Shown here in pieces: positions 18,701-27,077 of a stretch of DNA of 44,877 nucleotides. The DNA is from a virus (Duplodnaviria > Caudoviricetes): positions 1 through 44,877 of the IMG/VR virus record IMGVR_UViG_3300037478_000562. One strand, 5' to 3'. Under the pieces are notes generated by a model, which saw only the letters and a program-made list of their open reading frames with translations, did no database searches and was not told the origin of the DNA. Position 1 is the first letter of the stretch; each line of letters starts with the position of its first letter. The translations under genes and the position numbers were made by a program.

Positions 18701-18961
18701 TTACGCCTCTTTCTCACCGTCGCCGGATCGCGACGGAGACTTCCTTGGCGCGAGCGCCGGCTTGGCCGGCGCCGCCGGCTTCGCTTCGATCCGCTCGATC
18801 CGCAGCTTGCTGTTGCGCGCCAGCTCTGCCGCGACGGACCCGGGGATCGCGCACGGCTGATCCTCGAGCGCCACGCCATAGGCGCCGATGCTGACGCGCG
18901 CGCCCCGGCCGGCCGCGTAGGCCAAGTGCGTCCGGGGCTCGGTCTTCCTCTTGCTGGGCAT
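18701..18961 (-). CDS. small basic protein between tail terminator and tube
   Basis: ATG 18961 after GGGGGGAG; Lys/Pro/Ala-rich tail. Confidence 0.6.
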   Translation of the reverse strand: MPSKRKTEPRTHLAYAAGRGARVSIGAYGVALEDQPCAIPGSVAAELARNSKLRIERIEAKPAAPAKPALAPRKSPSRSGDGEKEA

Positions 18962-18972
18962 GGCTCCCCCCT

Positions 18973-19452
18973 CTAGGGCTCGACCTGGGTCCGCACGGTG
19001 TAGGCCAGTCGGGCGAAGTGGCACGTCACGCCCTGGTACTCGGCGTGGCCGAACTGGGCCCACTGCGCCGGCCCGCCCTCGATCACGGTCCGGGCACCGC
19101 CGCTCTTCAGCGTCTTGTCGGCCCGGAAGGCGTCGATCACGTCCTCAACCAGGTCGATGAATGTCTGCTCGCTGGCCGAGGCGTCCCCCTCGACCCGCTG
19201 GTATACGTGCACGGCGAAAGCGATGTCCGCCAGCTCCTGATTCGCCGGCAGCCGGCGTGCGACGAATGGGTTCTGCGGCGCGAGGGTGATGAAGACGGCA
19301 TTGAACACCCCGTCCTTCGCCATCTTCGCGACCAGCTCGGCCTCGGTCTTGATCAGCGGGACGTAGCCGTAGACGTTCCCGATGCCGGCGACGGCGGTCA
19401 CCAGCGTCTCGATCGAGGTCTGCACCGCACGGATCGTCGAGGAGAGCGCCAC
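18973..19452 (-). CDS. tail terminator / tail completion protein
   Basis: Size, position and LVEDVIDAFRADKTL...CHFARL pattern. Confidence 0.7.
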   Translation of the reverse strand: MALSSTIRAVQTSIETLVTAVAGIGNVYGYVPLIKTEAELVAKMAKDGVFNAVFITLAPQNPFVARRLPANQELADIAFAVHVYQRVEGDASASEQTFIDLVEDVIDAFRADKTLKSGGARTVIEGGPAQWAQFGHAEYQGVTCHFARLAYTVRTQVEP

Positions 19453-19938
19453 CTATGCCCCCCCCGCCAAGCGATCCCGGATCCGCTGTAGCGTCATCTC
19501 GGCGCTCGCCCGCACGATCGGATCGGCCTTGCGCCAGCCGTCGCGGAACATGTGGTGTCCCTTGAGGCCGCGGCGCCGGATCGCGTAGCGGACCCGCGCG
19601 GCGATCGCCACGGCATCGGCGGCGCCGAACTTCGCCCGCGCCCACCGCACCAGCGGCTCGAGGGGCGGCCACCAGCGCTTCTTCGACCCCTTCTCCACCA
19701 CCATCGCGTGCGGGAGCGGGTTGAAAACGCGGCCGGTCAGCGAGACCTCGGAGCCGGTGACATTCGTTTGGATGGCTCCACGGGTGCCGCCGGTGTTGAC
19801 GGGCGTGAGCGGCGCGATGTAGAGCACCGCCAGGTTGACGCCCTCCTCGACCCACCCGAGGGTTTCCTCGGCGACAATCACGTCGCCCCGGCCCCCGGCG
19901 AGGCCGTCACGCGGGACCTCGATCTCAAAGCCCAGCAT
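19453..19938 (-). CDS. HK97 gp10-like neck protein
   Basis: TPVNTGGTRGAI...HAMVVEKGS...WPPLEPLVRW...IRRRGLKGHHMF. Confidence 0.8.
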   Translation of the reverse strand: MLGFEIEVPRDGLAGGRGDVIVAEETLGWVEEGVNLAVLYIAPLTPVNTGGTRGAIQTNVTGSEVSLTGRVFNPLPHAMVVEKGSKKRWWPPLEPLVRWARAKFGAADAVAIAARVRYAIRRRGLKGHHMFRDGWRKADPIVRASAEMTLQRIRDRLAGGA

Positions 19939-20645
19939 CAGAAGCGATCCCGTGCATGAAAGAAGCGGTCACTTGCGCGGGAGTCGCCGAACGCAAGGTC
20001 GGCCTCGGCGTAGGCGGCGGCCGGGACGGGCTGATCAGCCGTGCTCCCGATCTTGGCCTCGTACTTCTTGCGGAACGCCGCCGCCTGCTGCCGGTACTCG
20101 CCAGCCTTCGACAACCGGTCCACCGTGTCGGCGTCGATGTTGCTCTGCAGCTCCTGGAGCGACACGGCCGCGAGGTAGTCGAACGCTTCAGCCGCGGAGA
20201 GGTCGGCAAGCGCCTCGTCGTCGCTCGCCGGCACGGTCGACGAGTCAGCGTCGAGGGTGTGCGGCACGGTGTACTCGACGAGGAAGTCCTCGGCCGCCGC
20301 CGGTGTGTGCTCGATGAAGTGCAGCACCGTGCCGGCCGGCAGTCGCCGAACCAGGTAGCGGTCGCGATCCAGCGCCTTGGGCTGCTGGTCCGTGCTCAGG
20401 TAGGGGTAGATCAGATCGAGGATCCCCGAGAACCCGTCGACCCAGCCCGTGAGTCCGGATGTCGCGTAGGAGAAGCCACCGTCCCCGTCGACCTGGGCGA
20501 CGACCTGTCGGGGGCGATCCTTCGAGTAGCGCTCGAGCGCCGAAGCGATCGCGGCGTCCAACTCACCGGGGTTGGTCAGCTTCGCCGCGTCGTCCTGGAG
20601 CCTGGCCAGGAGCTTGGTCCGGATGGCCCCGAGGTTTGCTGCCAT
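19938..20645 (-). CDS. head-tail adaptor protein
   Basis: Position after capsid genes; AAIASALERYSKDRPR pattern. Confidence 0.7.
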   Translation of the reverse strand: MAANLGAIRTKLLARLQDDAAKLTNPGELDAAIASALERYSKDRPRQVVAQVDGDGGFSYATSGLTGWVDGFSGILDLIYPYLSTDQQPKALDRDRYLVRRLPAGTVLHFIEHTPAAAEDFLVEYTVPHTLDADSSTVPASDDEALADLSAAEAFDYLAAVSLQELQSNIDADTVDRLSKAGEYRQQAAAFRKKYEAKIGSTADQPVPAAAYAEADLAFGDSRASDRFFHARDRF

Positions 20646-20654
20646 CGGGAGCCC

Positions 20655-20927
20655 CTAGATGAAGACGTTGAATTGCGGAGTCGTCCCCGTGATCGTCACG
20701 TGGAGGCCGGCGTGGAAGACGACCGGCGCCGCGGGGGTCCAGTCGTCCACGGCGAGGGCTGCGCCAGCGCCGAGCTTCGCGATGATCGGGCCCGAGCCGT
20801 CGACGCTGTCCCGGAGAATCGCCGTAGCGGCGTCGGCTGCGGCGACCAGGCGCGCGCCGAAGACCTTCCCGGGGCCCGAGTGGACCGCCGTGGTGGCCGT
20901 CATGCTGCGCGAGGTCGCCGCCATCAT
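20655..20927 (-). CDS. small virion (decoration-like) protein
   Basis: 90 aa beta-rich; PVVFHAGLHVTITGT. Confidence 0.55.
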   Translation of the reverse strand: MMAATSRSMTATTAVHSGPGKVFGARLVAAADAATAILRDSVDGSGPIIAKLGAGAALAVDDWTPAAPVVFHAGLHVTITGTTPQFNVFI

Positions 20928-20942
20928 GAGCGAGCGCCCCGC

Positions 20943-21344
20943 CTACGGCTCGAAGTCCACGACCACCACGGCCGCCAGGGCGGGGACCAGCACGCCGGAG
21001 GCGACCTTCTCCCACTCCAGGCCGATGTAGTCGCCGGCCGCCATCGGCAGGGGCGTGGCGGGCTCGTAGAGCACCGTCTCGGCCTGGGCCACCAGGTCGG
21101 TCCCGGTGTCGAGGTCGAGGTTCGCGACCTCGGTCGTGTTCTTGTCCACGTTGAGGTTCGTGCGGTTCGTGTTGTCCCCGGTGACCGCGGCCGACGGGTG
21201 GATCGCGACCTTCTTGACGCGGCAGGCGCGTTCCGCCACGTACAGCTTGAGCTTCTCGGTGGCGGTCGCGGCGGCGTGGGCCGGCAGCACCGTATGGTGC
21301 TCCTGCTGGTAGCCGGGGTGATCGCCCTGTGCGTTCTGGCTCAT
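20943..21344 (-). CDS. capsid decoration/cement-like protein
   Basis: Directly after major capsid gene; GAGGAG RBS; beta-sandwich-like composition. Confidence 0.6.
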   Translation of the reverse strand: MSQNAQGDHPGYQQEHHTVLPAHAAATATEKLKLYVAERACRVKKVAIHPSAAVTGDNTNRTNLNVDKNTTEVANLDLDTGTDLVAQAETVLYEPATPLPMAAGDYIGLEWEKVASGVLVPALAAVVVVDFEP

Positions 21345-21372
21345 GTCTCGCTCCTCGAAAGAGGTGTGAGGG

Positions 21373-21402
21373 TGGGGGCTCAGGCGGAGAGCGGAGAGCC
21401 CC
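21373..21402 (-). terminator. GC-rich hairpin after capsid gene (attenuator/stabiliser)
   Basis: GGGGGCTC...GAGCCCCC 8-bp stem; no U-tract. Confidence 0.35.
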
Positions 21403-21414
21403 CAGGCCCCCGCG

Positions 21415-23799
21415 TTAGGTGACGATCCCGCCCTGCATCCCGCGCCAGTCCTCGACCTTCCCGCCGTACTCGTGCCGGAGCTTCCACGACACCTTGTCGG
21501 CCGAGAAGACGGACCCGACGTTGGGCTGGTCCTGGACGAACAGCTCGGGCTCCTCGCGGCCGTCGACGAAGCCCATTTCGATGGTGGGCTGGAGCCGCGG
21601 GTCGGCGAGGATGAACCAGTCGTTCGCGTCGCTCATCGTCTCGAGGACGATCAGCTCGTTCAGCCCGTACCGCTGCACCTGGATGTTGGGCTCCGTCGCC
21701 GCGTTGCCCGAGACGGGCTGCATCGGGATCGAGGTCAGGCGCCAGGCCAACTCCTCGAGTTCCACGGGGACGATGAGGATCTTCGGCGAGAGGCCGAGGA
21801 CCGTGTTCGCGTCGCGGTCCTCGACCTTGAGCAGGCGCTGTCGCGCCACCGCGACGTTGGCGGCCGACAGCGCGGTCGTGTGGATGTTCCCGTCCGACGT
21901 CGGACCGCGGTTCGTCGAGGCGTTGAAGAGCGCGACCGAGTCGTCGAGCGTCGGGTTCGTGATGATCAGGTCGAACACGAACTTGTGAAGCGTGCGGGCC
22001 GCGGCGAGCGCCAGCTTCTGCGGGATCTGCGCGACGAAGCCGACGTCGTCGTTCTTGATCGCCTCACGGGTGATCGAGACGATCCCGCCGCGCTTCGCGG
22101 GCGCGTAGCTGACCTTCTCGTCCGTCGGATCCGCCAGGGTCGGGTAGGTCCCGGCCTGGGCCACGATCGCCAGGTCAGCGAACGACCCCCAGCGCAGCCG
22201 CTCCTGGGTGCGGAAGTCGCCCAGCGGCACGATGTTCGAGCAGATCCGGCGCCACCGCATCGAGAAGTCGGTGGCGCGGTACTCGGCGATCATGCGCCGC
22301 GTGATCGAGTCGCCGAGAAGGTTGGTGAACGTGCCGGTCCCGATCGCCTCCAGGAGGCGCTGGAAGCGCTCGAGCCCGCGCGCCTCGCGGAGCACCCCGG
22401 ACACGTCGCGGTCGCCCGTGATGTCCTCGTAGAGCCGCTTGATCGAGCGCGTCCCGGTCGCGGGGGCGGCGTGGCCCGTGAGGGCCTCGTACTCGCGGCG
22501 CACCTGGTCGGAGGCGCCGTGCATGAAGAACCCGTCGACCGACTCCAGCACCTTGTCCGCCTCGTCGCGGGTGACGTCGGCCGCCGCCTGCCCGCTGCCT
22601 CCCGTGGGCGGCTGGGCGAGCCGGGCGGCCTCCTGCACGATCTCGTCCGCCGCCGCGATCATCTCGGCGACCGTGGCGTCGCGCGTCGCCATCTCCTGGA
22701 GAGCGCGGCGCGCGACGTTCTGCAGCGGCCCGAAGGTCCGCCCCGTCATCACGTGCTGGATCCGCGCCTCGCGCAGCAGCGACCGATCGGCCTCGGTCAG
22801 CCGGCCGGCGTCGGGCGTCGGTGCCGGATTGGTGGCGCCCTGCGCGGGGGCCGGGGCGCCGGTCGCGGGGGCGGCGAGACCCGCGGAGGAGGGCGCCCCC
22901 GACCCCTGCGCCTCGAGAACGCGCAGGAGGGCATCCACCTCGGCTTCGGTGGGCTCGGCGGACAGGTGCGCGCGCAGGCTCGACTCCTGCAGCTTCTGGA
23001 GCTTCTGGGCAAAGGTCACGAGATCCTCCGGGGTCACAGGTACGGGGGTTGCGCTGCCGGCTACCAGCCGCATGACGCGGCCCCCGGCGCTGGGGAAGGA
23101 CACGACGTCGACGGACTCGACGGCCTTGATCGTCTTCACCCGCGTCGCGGGCCCGTCGCCGAGCTTCACGCGCTCGGTCTCCGCCTGGGCCGTATGGCTC
23201 AGGCCGAAAAGGTCGGGGGCTCCGGCGTCGTATGCCTCGAGGAGTCGCTCGCGGAGCCCGGCGTCGGTGGCGTGGAGCGTGGCGCAAATGGCACCGACCG
23301 GCTGAGCCGCCTCGAGCAACCCGTACTGGGCGCCACGCAGGAAGCCCGCGATGTCCCGCGGGTCCCGAAGCGTCCGACCGTCCGAGTGGTTCCAGAAGAC
23401 TTTCGCGCCCTCGTAGAGCGCCGCTGCGGCCTGGAGCACGTGGGCGGGGTACAGGGTGCGGTTGACGCTCAGGCCCTCTTGGATCACCACGACGGACCAG
23501 CGGGAGCCGGCCTTGCCGCCCTCGGCCTCGGTGAGTGGGCCGATGATCAGCGACGCGGCGCCCTCCTTGATCGGGACGTAGGCGATCTCGACCGGCTCGG
23601 GCTCGCCAATGCTCGCGGTGCCGAACAGATCGAAGGTGACGGGGTAGCGGGAGAGCTGCGAATCGGGCCGCTCGACGATGACGTGGTCAGCGAAGGTCGC
23701 GACCAGCGACCAGTTGCTCGTCACGTCGCTGTATGGCTCGCCCAGAACGCGCCGCAGTGCGGCTCGCGCGGCGTCCCGGAGCTGCTCGAACGACTTCAC
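21415..23799 (-). CDS. prohead protease-scaffold-major capsid fusion (Mu gpT-like, HK97 fold)
   Basis: Protease motifs FWNH, FGLSH, SVDVVSFPSAGG; Ala/Pro linker; capsid motifs KRGGIVSITREAIKNDD, PKILIVPVELE, WKLRHEYG. Confidence 0.9.
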   Translation of the reverse strand: MKSFEQLRDAARAALRRVLGEPYSDVTSNWSLVATFADHVIVERPDSQLSRYPVTFDLFGTASIGEPEPVEIAYVPIKEGAASLIIGPLTEAEGGKAGSRWSVVVIQEGLSVNRTLYPAHVLQAAAALYEGAKVFWNHSDGRTLRDPRDIAGFLRGAQYGLLEAAQPVGAICATLHATDAGLRERLLEAYDAGAPDLFGLSHTAQAETERVKLGDGPATRVKTIKAVESVDVVSFPSAGGRVMRLVAGSATPVPVTPEDLVTFAQKLQKLQESSLRAHLSAEPTEAEVDALLRVLEAQGSGAPSSAGLAAPATGAPAPAQGATNPAPTPDAGRLTEADRSLLREARIQHVMTGRTFGPLQNVARRALQEMATRDATVAEMIAAADEIVQEAARLAQPPTGGSGQAAADVTRDEADKVLESVDGFFMHGASDQVRREYEALTGHAAPATGTRSIKRLYEDITGDRDVSGVLREARGLERFQRLLEAIGTGTFTNLLGDSITRRMIAEYRATDFSMRWRRICSNIVPLGDFRTQERLRWGSFADLAIVAQAGTYPTLADPTDEKVSYAPAKRGGIVSITREAIKNDDVGFVAQIPQKLALAAARTLHKFVFDLIITNPTLDDSVALFNASTNRGPTSDGNIHTTALSAANVAVARQRLLKVEDRDANTVLGLSPKILIVPVELEELAWRLTSIPMQPVSGNAATEPNIQVQRYGLNELIVLETMSDANDWFILADPRLQPTIEMGFVDGREEPELFVQDQPNVGSVFSADKVSWKLRHEYGGKVEDWRGMQGGIVT

Positions 23800-23857
23800 G
23801 TCCTGAGGGTGCGGGATGCGCCCCCGAGCGGTCCAGAGGGCGCGTGTAAGTTGGGCG

Positions 23858-23901
23858 CGGTTTGCCGGCTTTGCCGGTTTACTCCAGCCGGTTTACTCCA
23901 G
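23858..23901. repeat. short direct repeats upstream of capsid gene
   Basis: CGGTTTGC, CGGCTTTGC, then CCGGTTTACTCCAG twice in tandem (23874-23901). Confidence 0.7.
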
Positions 23902-24102
23902 CAGCCGGAGCGCCGCGGCCAGCTTCCTGGCCTCCTGGACCGGGACCCGGCGCTCGGAACCGCCCGGAGGGCAGACCGTCGCGAGGGTCCCGGCCTCGAT
24001 CAGCTTTCGCACGAAGCGCACCGAGTAGCCGGTCATGCTGGCCACCTCGGAGACGCGCAGCGGTGGCGCCCCCTCGGCGATGCGAGCCAGCAGCCGGTCC
24101 AT
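23893..24102 (-). CDS. MerR/Xis-like (HTH_17) DNA-binding protein
   Basis: LRVSEVASMTGYSVRFVRKLIEAGTL...ERRVP. Confidence 0.8.
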   Translation of the reverse strand: MDRLLARIAEGAPPLRVSEVASMTGYSVRFVRKLIEAGTLATVCPPGGSERRVPVQEARKLAAALRLLE

Positions 24103-24113
24103 GCCCACGGGAG

Positions 24114-24248
24114 CTACTTGCGTGCCCGGCGCTCGAGCCAGAGCGCCAGGAGCCCCAACCCTACGGCCGGAGGGAGCATCAGTAGCCCGATCGCGTCGGC
24201 CTGACGACGGGCCTCGGCCGCGAAGTCCACGAGCCATGACCAGGTCAT
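24114..24248 (-). CDS. 44-aa single-TM protein
   Basis: ATGA-coupled; IGLLMLPPAVGLGLLALWL followed by basic tail. Confidence 0.5.
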   Translation of the reverse strand: MTWSWLVDFAAEARRQADAIGLLMLPPAVGLGLLALWLERRARK

Positions 24249-24400
24249 CGGGGGCGTCCGCAGTAGGCGCAGGCGACACCGCGAGAGGTCGCGCCGCAGC
24301 CCGCGCATGCCCGCGAGGCGACTGGCGGGGCGGGCGGAGGAGGTGGCAGCCGATCGTAGCCGCTCCTCACCGGCACCAACGCGGGGATCCGGGCGCCCAT
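24245..24400 (-). CDS. 51-aa zinc-ribbon protein (CAGCG...CAYCG)
   Basis: TGATG-coupled start; two CxxC motifs. Confidence 0.55.
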   Translation of the reverse strand: MGARIPALVPVRSGYDRLPPPPPAPPVASRACAGCGATSRGVACAYCGRPR

Positions 24401-24750
24401 CAGCAACTCCTGGGCAGCGTGGATGCCGGGGGGCCGAAGATCGCCCGCAGCTCGGCGTCGTGCGCTTCCCACTCCACCGGGGGCAAGCCGCACCACGCGC
24501 AGGTCTCGCCCTGGCCGGCGCCAACGTGCAAGTGAAAGGCGCCGACGAAACCGGCCGGCGGCTCCAGTGGCCGGCCCGGGCCCTCGCCGGCATTGCAGAA
24601 GACGCACCGCCCGTATCCCGCGAGCTGCGGGTCGCGAAAGTCGGGGATGCAGATGTGCGGCCGAGTCGGCTCGACCCGCACCGACCAGGGGGGTAGCGTC
24701 CCTTGCCGAAGCTGGACGTGCTCGCCCTGGTACGCTTGGGCCGGCGTCAC
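24400..24750 (-). CDS. Cys/His-rich hypothetical protein
   Basis: CVFC and CAWC motifs; coupled at both ends. Confidence 0.55.
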   Translation of the reverse strand: MTPAQAYQGEHVQLRQGTLPPWSVRVEPTRPHICIPDFRDPQLAGYGRCVFCNAGEGPGRPLEPPAGFVGAFHLHVGAGQGETCAWCGLPPVEWEAHDAELRAIFGPPASTLPRSC

Positions 24751-25367
24751 TTGCGCCCCGCGTTGATCGGGTGGGTGTTGATGTGCGCCGTCGTCCGGAT
24801 CACCCCGTCGCGCTCCCCCGGCGTCAGCGCCCGGGCCTTCGCCTCGTCCCTCGGGAGCCGGAGCTTCTTCCCGCCGACCGTGACCACGATCAAGTCGGGG
24901 CCGTCGATCCGGCTCGACAGGATGTGCGCCGGGTCGAGCCCGATCGCGTCCAGGTAAGGGCCCGGGGCGGCCGGGTCGAGCTTCGGAGGCGGGATCGCAT
25001 CGAGCTGCTCCGTGATCCCGTCCAGCTCCGCGCCGACGGCCTCGGCCTGCTCGGCCAGCTCTTCCCCTCGCTCGAGCAGCGCGTCGACGTCGTCGGGGGG
25101 CGGGGCGTCACCGACCAGCTCCTGGAGCGCCGCATCCACCGCAGCGTCGTATTCCGGGCCGGTGTACGTCCCGGCCGGGATCGCGACCGTGACGCCGGGC
25201 TCGATCTCGATCTGCTCGGCGCCCTCGAGAACGGTGATCAGCTCCGGCTCGGTGACCGCCGACGGCACCTCCGCCGACGGCACATCCACGGCGCCCGGCG
25301 TCTCGTCCGGGGCCGGCTCCGCGCCCTTCTTCCGCTTCGGCTCCGCGCCCTTCTTCCGCTTCGACAT
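24747..25367 (-). CDS. acidic protein with duplicated basic N-terminus (KRKKGAEP x2)
   Basis: AGGAGGG RBS; exact 24-bp tandem repeat 25314-25361. Confidence 0.7.
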   Translation of the reverse strand: MSKRKKGAEPKRKKGAEPAPDETPGAVDVPSAEVPSAVTEPELITVLEGAEQIEIEPGVTVAIPAGTYTGPEYDAAVDAALQELVGDAPPPDDVDALLERGEELAEQAEAVGAELDGITEQLDAIPPPKLDPAAPGPYLDAIGLDPAHILSSRIDGPDLIVVTVGGKKLRLPRDEAKARALTPGERDGVIRTTAHINTHPINAGRK

Positions 25368-25376
25368 CGCACCCTC

Positions 25377-27077
25377 CTACGCGGCCGCCGCAGTGGCGAC
25401 CGCTGACGCGGGCACCGGCACCAGCCGGCACCTACAGTTGTGTGAGATAATGCCGTTGCTGTGAACGACACCACCGACGGTCTGCACGTCGAATACCGGC
25501 CCCGCGTACCGATAGCTCAGCACTTCGACGACATGGTCCGGCGCTACGAGGCCGGCGAGTCCGTTCTTCAGCTCTCGAAACGCTACGGGGTCTCCCGAGA
25601 CACGATCGGCCGCGCGCTGCAACGCTGCGGCGTTTCCCTGCGCAGCCAGTCCGAGCAGGAGCGGCTGAAGTGGGAGGGGATGGGGCCCACTGCCCGGCGT
25701 CGGCAGGTCGCGGCCGCTCATGCCGCGGTCCGCGGCCGCAAGGCAAGCCCCGCCGAACTCAAGCGCCGCGCCTTGGCCCGCGAGGGGCGCCCCCACCACA
25801 GCCACGTCCTCTACGAGCGCGAGCTGGTCGAGGCCCTCTGCGAGGCCGGCTACGAGCCCGTCCAGAACATGGCGGTCGACGGCTACAACGTCGACATAGG
25901 GATTCGGGAGCGCTGCCGCATCGCCGTGGAGATCCAGGCCGCGAACCACCGGCAACCGCACTCGTCCATTCGCCGCGAGCGTCTCGAACACCTGATCCAC
26001 CGTGGCTTCCGGGTGCTCGTGGTCTATGTGCCGCTGCACGCCAAGCTCGACGTGACCCGGGTCGCTGAGCAGCTCGTCGCCTTCGCGGATCTCGCATGCA
26101 GGCGTCCACCCCCGCCCGGTCAGTACGGGATGATTGGCCGTAACGGCGAGCGTGTGACCCCGCGCCGTCTTGATCCGCCACGCTGTGCCCGCATAGAAGG
26201 CTTCTGAGGCCGCGAGGACTGCTCCACCGACCCTCGTCCCGGGCAGGAAGCAGTTGATCGTCTCCTCGGCCGGGCCACGGGGATCGAGCGGCATCATCAG
26301 CCGCGCCCGGCCGACCTCGAACGGCTTCTCCATCGCGATCGGCCCGGGCCTCGAGCCGCCGAAGCCGTAGCGATCGCCTGCGATGATGTGGCTACGCCTC
26401 ACCCGCTTGTCCCCGGCGGTGAGCCACGCCTTGAGCATCCCGCCCCGGATCCGCTCGTTCCCTTGCCGCATCCGTTCGAACGTCGCCTGGCCGAAGGTGC
26501 GATTCACCTCGGTCCGCACGATCGTCTCGGCCCTGGCCATCGCCGAGCCGAAGGTCTTGGGGTCCCTGATCGCCCGGGTTATCGCGTTGACCGCGGCTGT
26601 GGAATCCACCGCCCCGAGCGACGTGCGCCGGATCGTGTTCCGTAGCTTCGCGCCGAGTTCGCCCCACACCGCCGTCACCTGGCCCGTGGTCACCTGGATC
26701 GACCCGGCGATCAGCTCGGACGAGAACCCCAGCAGCCCGGCCTGGCCGACCTGGGCGCCCCCGACCCCCACCAGCACCCGGTCGACGAGTTCGGCCCCGA
26801 GGGCACCCGCCGTCTCCACCGGGCCCTGGATCGCTCCCATTGCGGCGATCCGGCGCACCTCGATTTCCGAGTCGATGATCGTCAGCAGCGCGGAAAGCTG
26901 CGCCGTGCGGAACCGCGCGGGGTCGAGCCCGGCGAGCATCCCCACCACCGCCCGCCGCAGCTCACGCAGGAAGCGGACCTGCTCGCGCGCGGCGGTCGTT
27001 TCGAGCCGGTCGATCTGCCCCAGGGTGTTCCGGGCTGGGCGCGGGACGCGATAGACAGGCGCCTCGGTGATCCTCAC
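25377..27077 (-). CDS. MuF / SPP1 gp7-like head morphogenesis protein, intein-containing
   Basis: RAETIVRTEVNR, KAWLTAGDKRVRRSH, P.DP...ETIN|CRC restored after intein removal; GTG 27077 overlaps portal stop. Confidence 0.9.
   Translation of the reverse strand: MRITEAPVYRVPRPARNTLGQIDRLETTAAREQVRFLRELRRAVVGMLAGLDPARFRTAQLSALLTIIDSEIEVRRIAAMGAIQGPVETAGALGAELVDRVLVGVGGAQVGQAGLLGFSSELIAGSIQVTTGQVTAVWGELGAKLRNTIRRTSLGAVDSTAAVNAITRAIRDPKTFGSAMARAETIVRTEVNRTFGQATFERMRQGNERIRGGMLKAWLTAGDKRVRRSHIIAGDRYGFGGSRPGPIAMEKPFEVGRARLMMPLDPRGPAEETINCFLPGTRVGGAVLAASEAFYAGTAWRIKTARGHTLAVTANHPVLTGRGWTPACEIREGDELLSDPGHVELGVQRHIDHEHPEATVDQVFETLAANGRVRLPVVRGLDLHGDAAALPNPYVDVVAVDRHVLDGLVAGLAEGLDQLALVEDVAVVGAPLAGQGAALEFGGACLAAADRGMSGRDLPTPGSGPHPLPLQPLLLGLAAQGNAAALQRAADRVSGDPVAFRELKNGLAGLVAPDHVVEVLSYRYAGPVFDVQTVGGVVHSNGIISHNCRCRLVPVPASAVATAAAA
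25437..26252 (-). mobile_element. intein (272 aa) inserted in the NCRC motif of MuF
   Basis: Block A CFLPGTRV, block B LAVTANHPVLT, block F YAGPVFDVQT, block G GIISHN followed by Cys+1. Confidence 0.92.
25461..26207 (+). CDS. HTH + DUF559/Vsr-like (PD-(D/E)XK) putative homing endonuclease encoded antisense inside the intein
   Basis: HTH ESVLQLSKRYGVSRDTIGRALQRCGV; nuclease pattern ERELVEAL...Q..VDGYNVDIGI....IAVEI...H...RERLEHLIHRGFRVLVV; exact start uncertain (GTG 25461 or ATG ~25533). Confidence 0.8.
   Translation: MNDTTDGLHVEYRPRVPIAQHFDDMVRRYEAGESVLQLSKRYGVSRDTIGRALQRCGVSLRSQSEQERLKWEGMGPTARRRQVAAAHAAVRGRKASPAELKRRALAREGRPHHSHVLYERELVEALCEAGYEPVQNMAVDGYNVDIGIRERCRIAVEIQAANHRQPHSSIRRERLEHLIHRGFRVLVVYVPLHAKLDVTRVAEQLVAFADLACRRPPPPGQYGMIGRNGERVTPRRLDPPRCARIEGF

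Noticed and set aside
21472-24204. 910-aa plus-strand ORF and similar long antisense ORFs (e.g. 5109..6353, 11017..12198, 13732..15042, 19956..21422, 27350..28753, 29092..30237)
   Set aside because: In-register shadows of clear minus-strand genes; no RBS, promoter or family motif, unlike the two nested cases reported.
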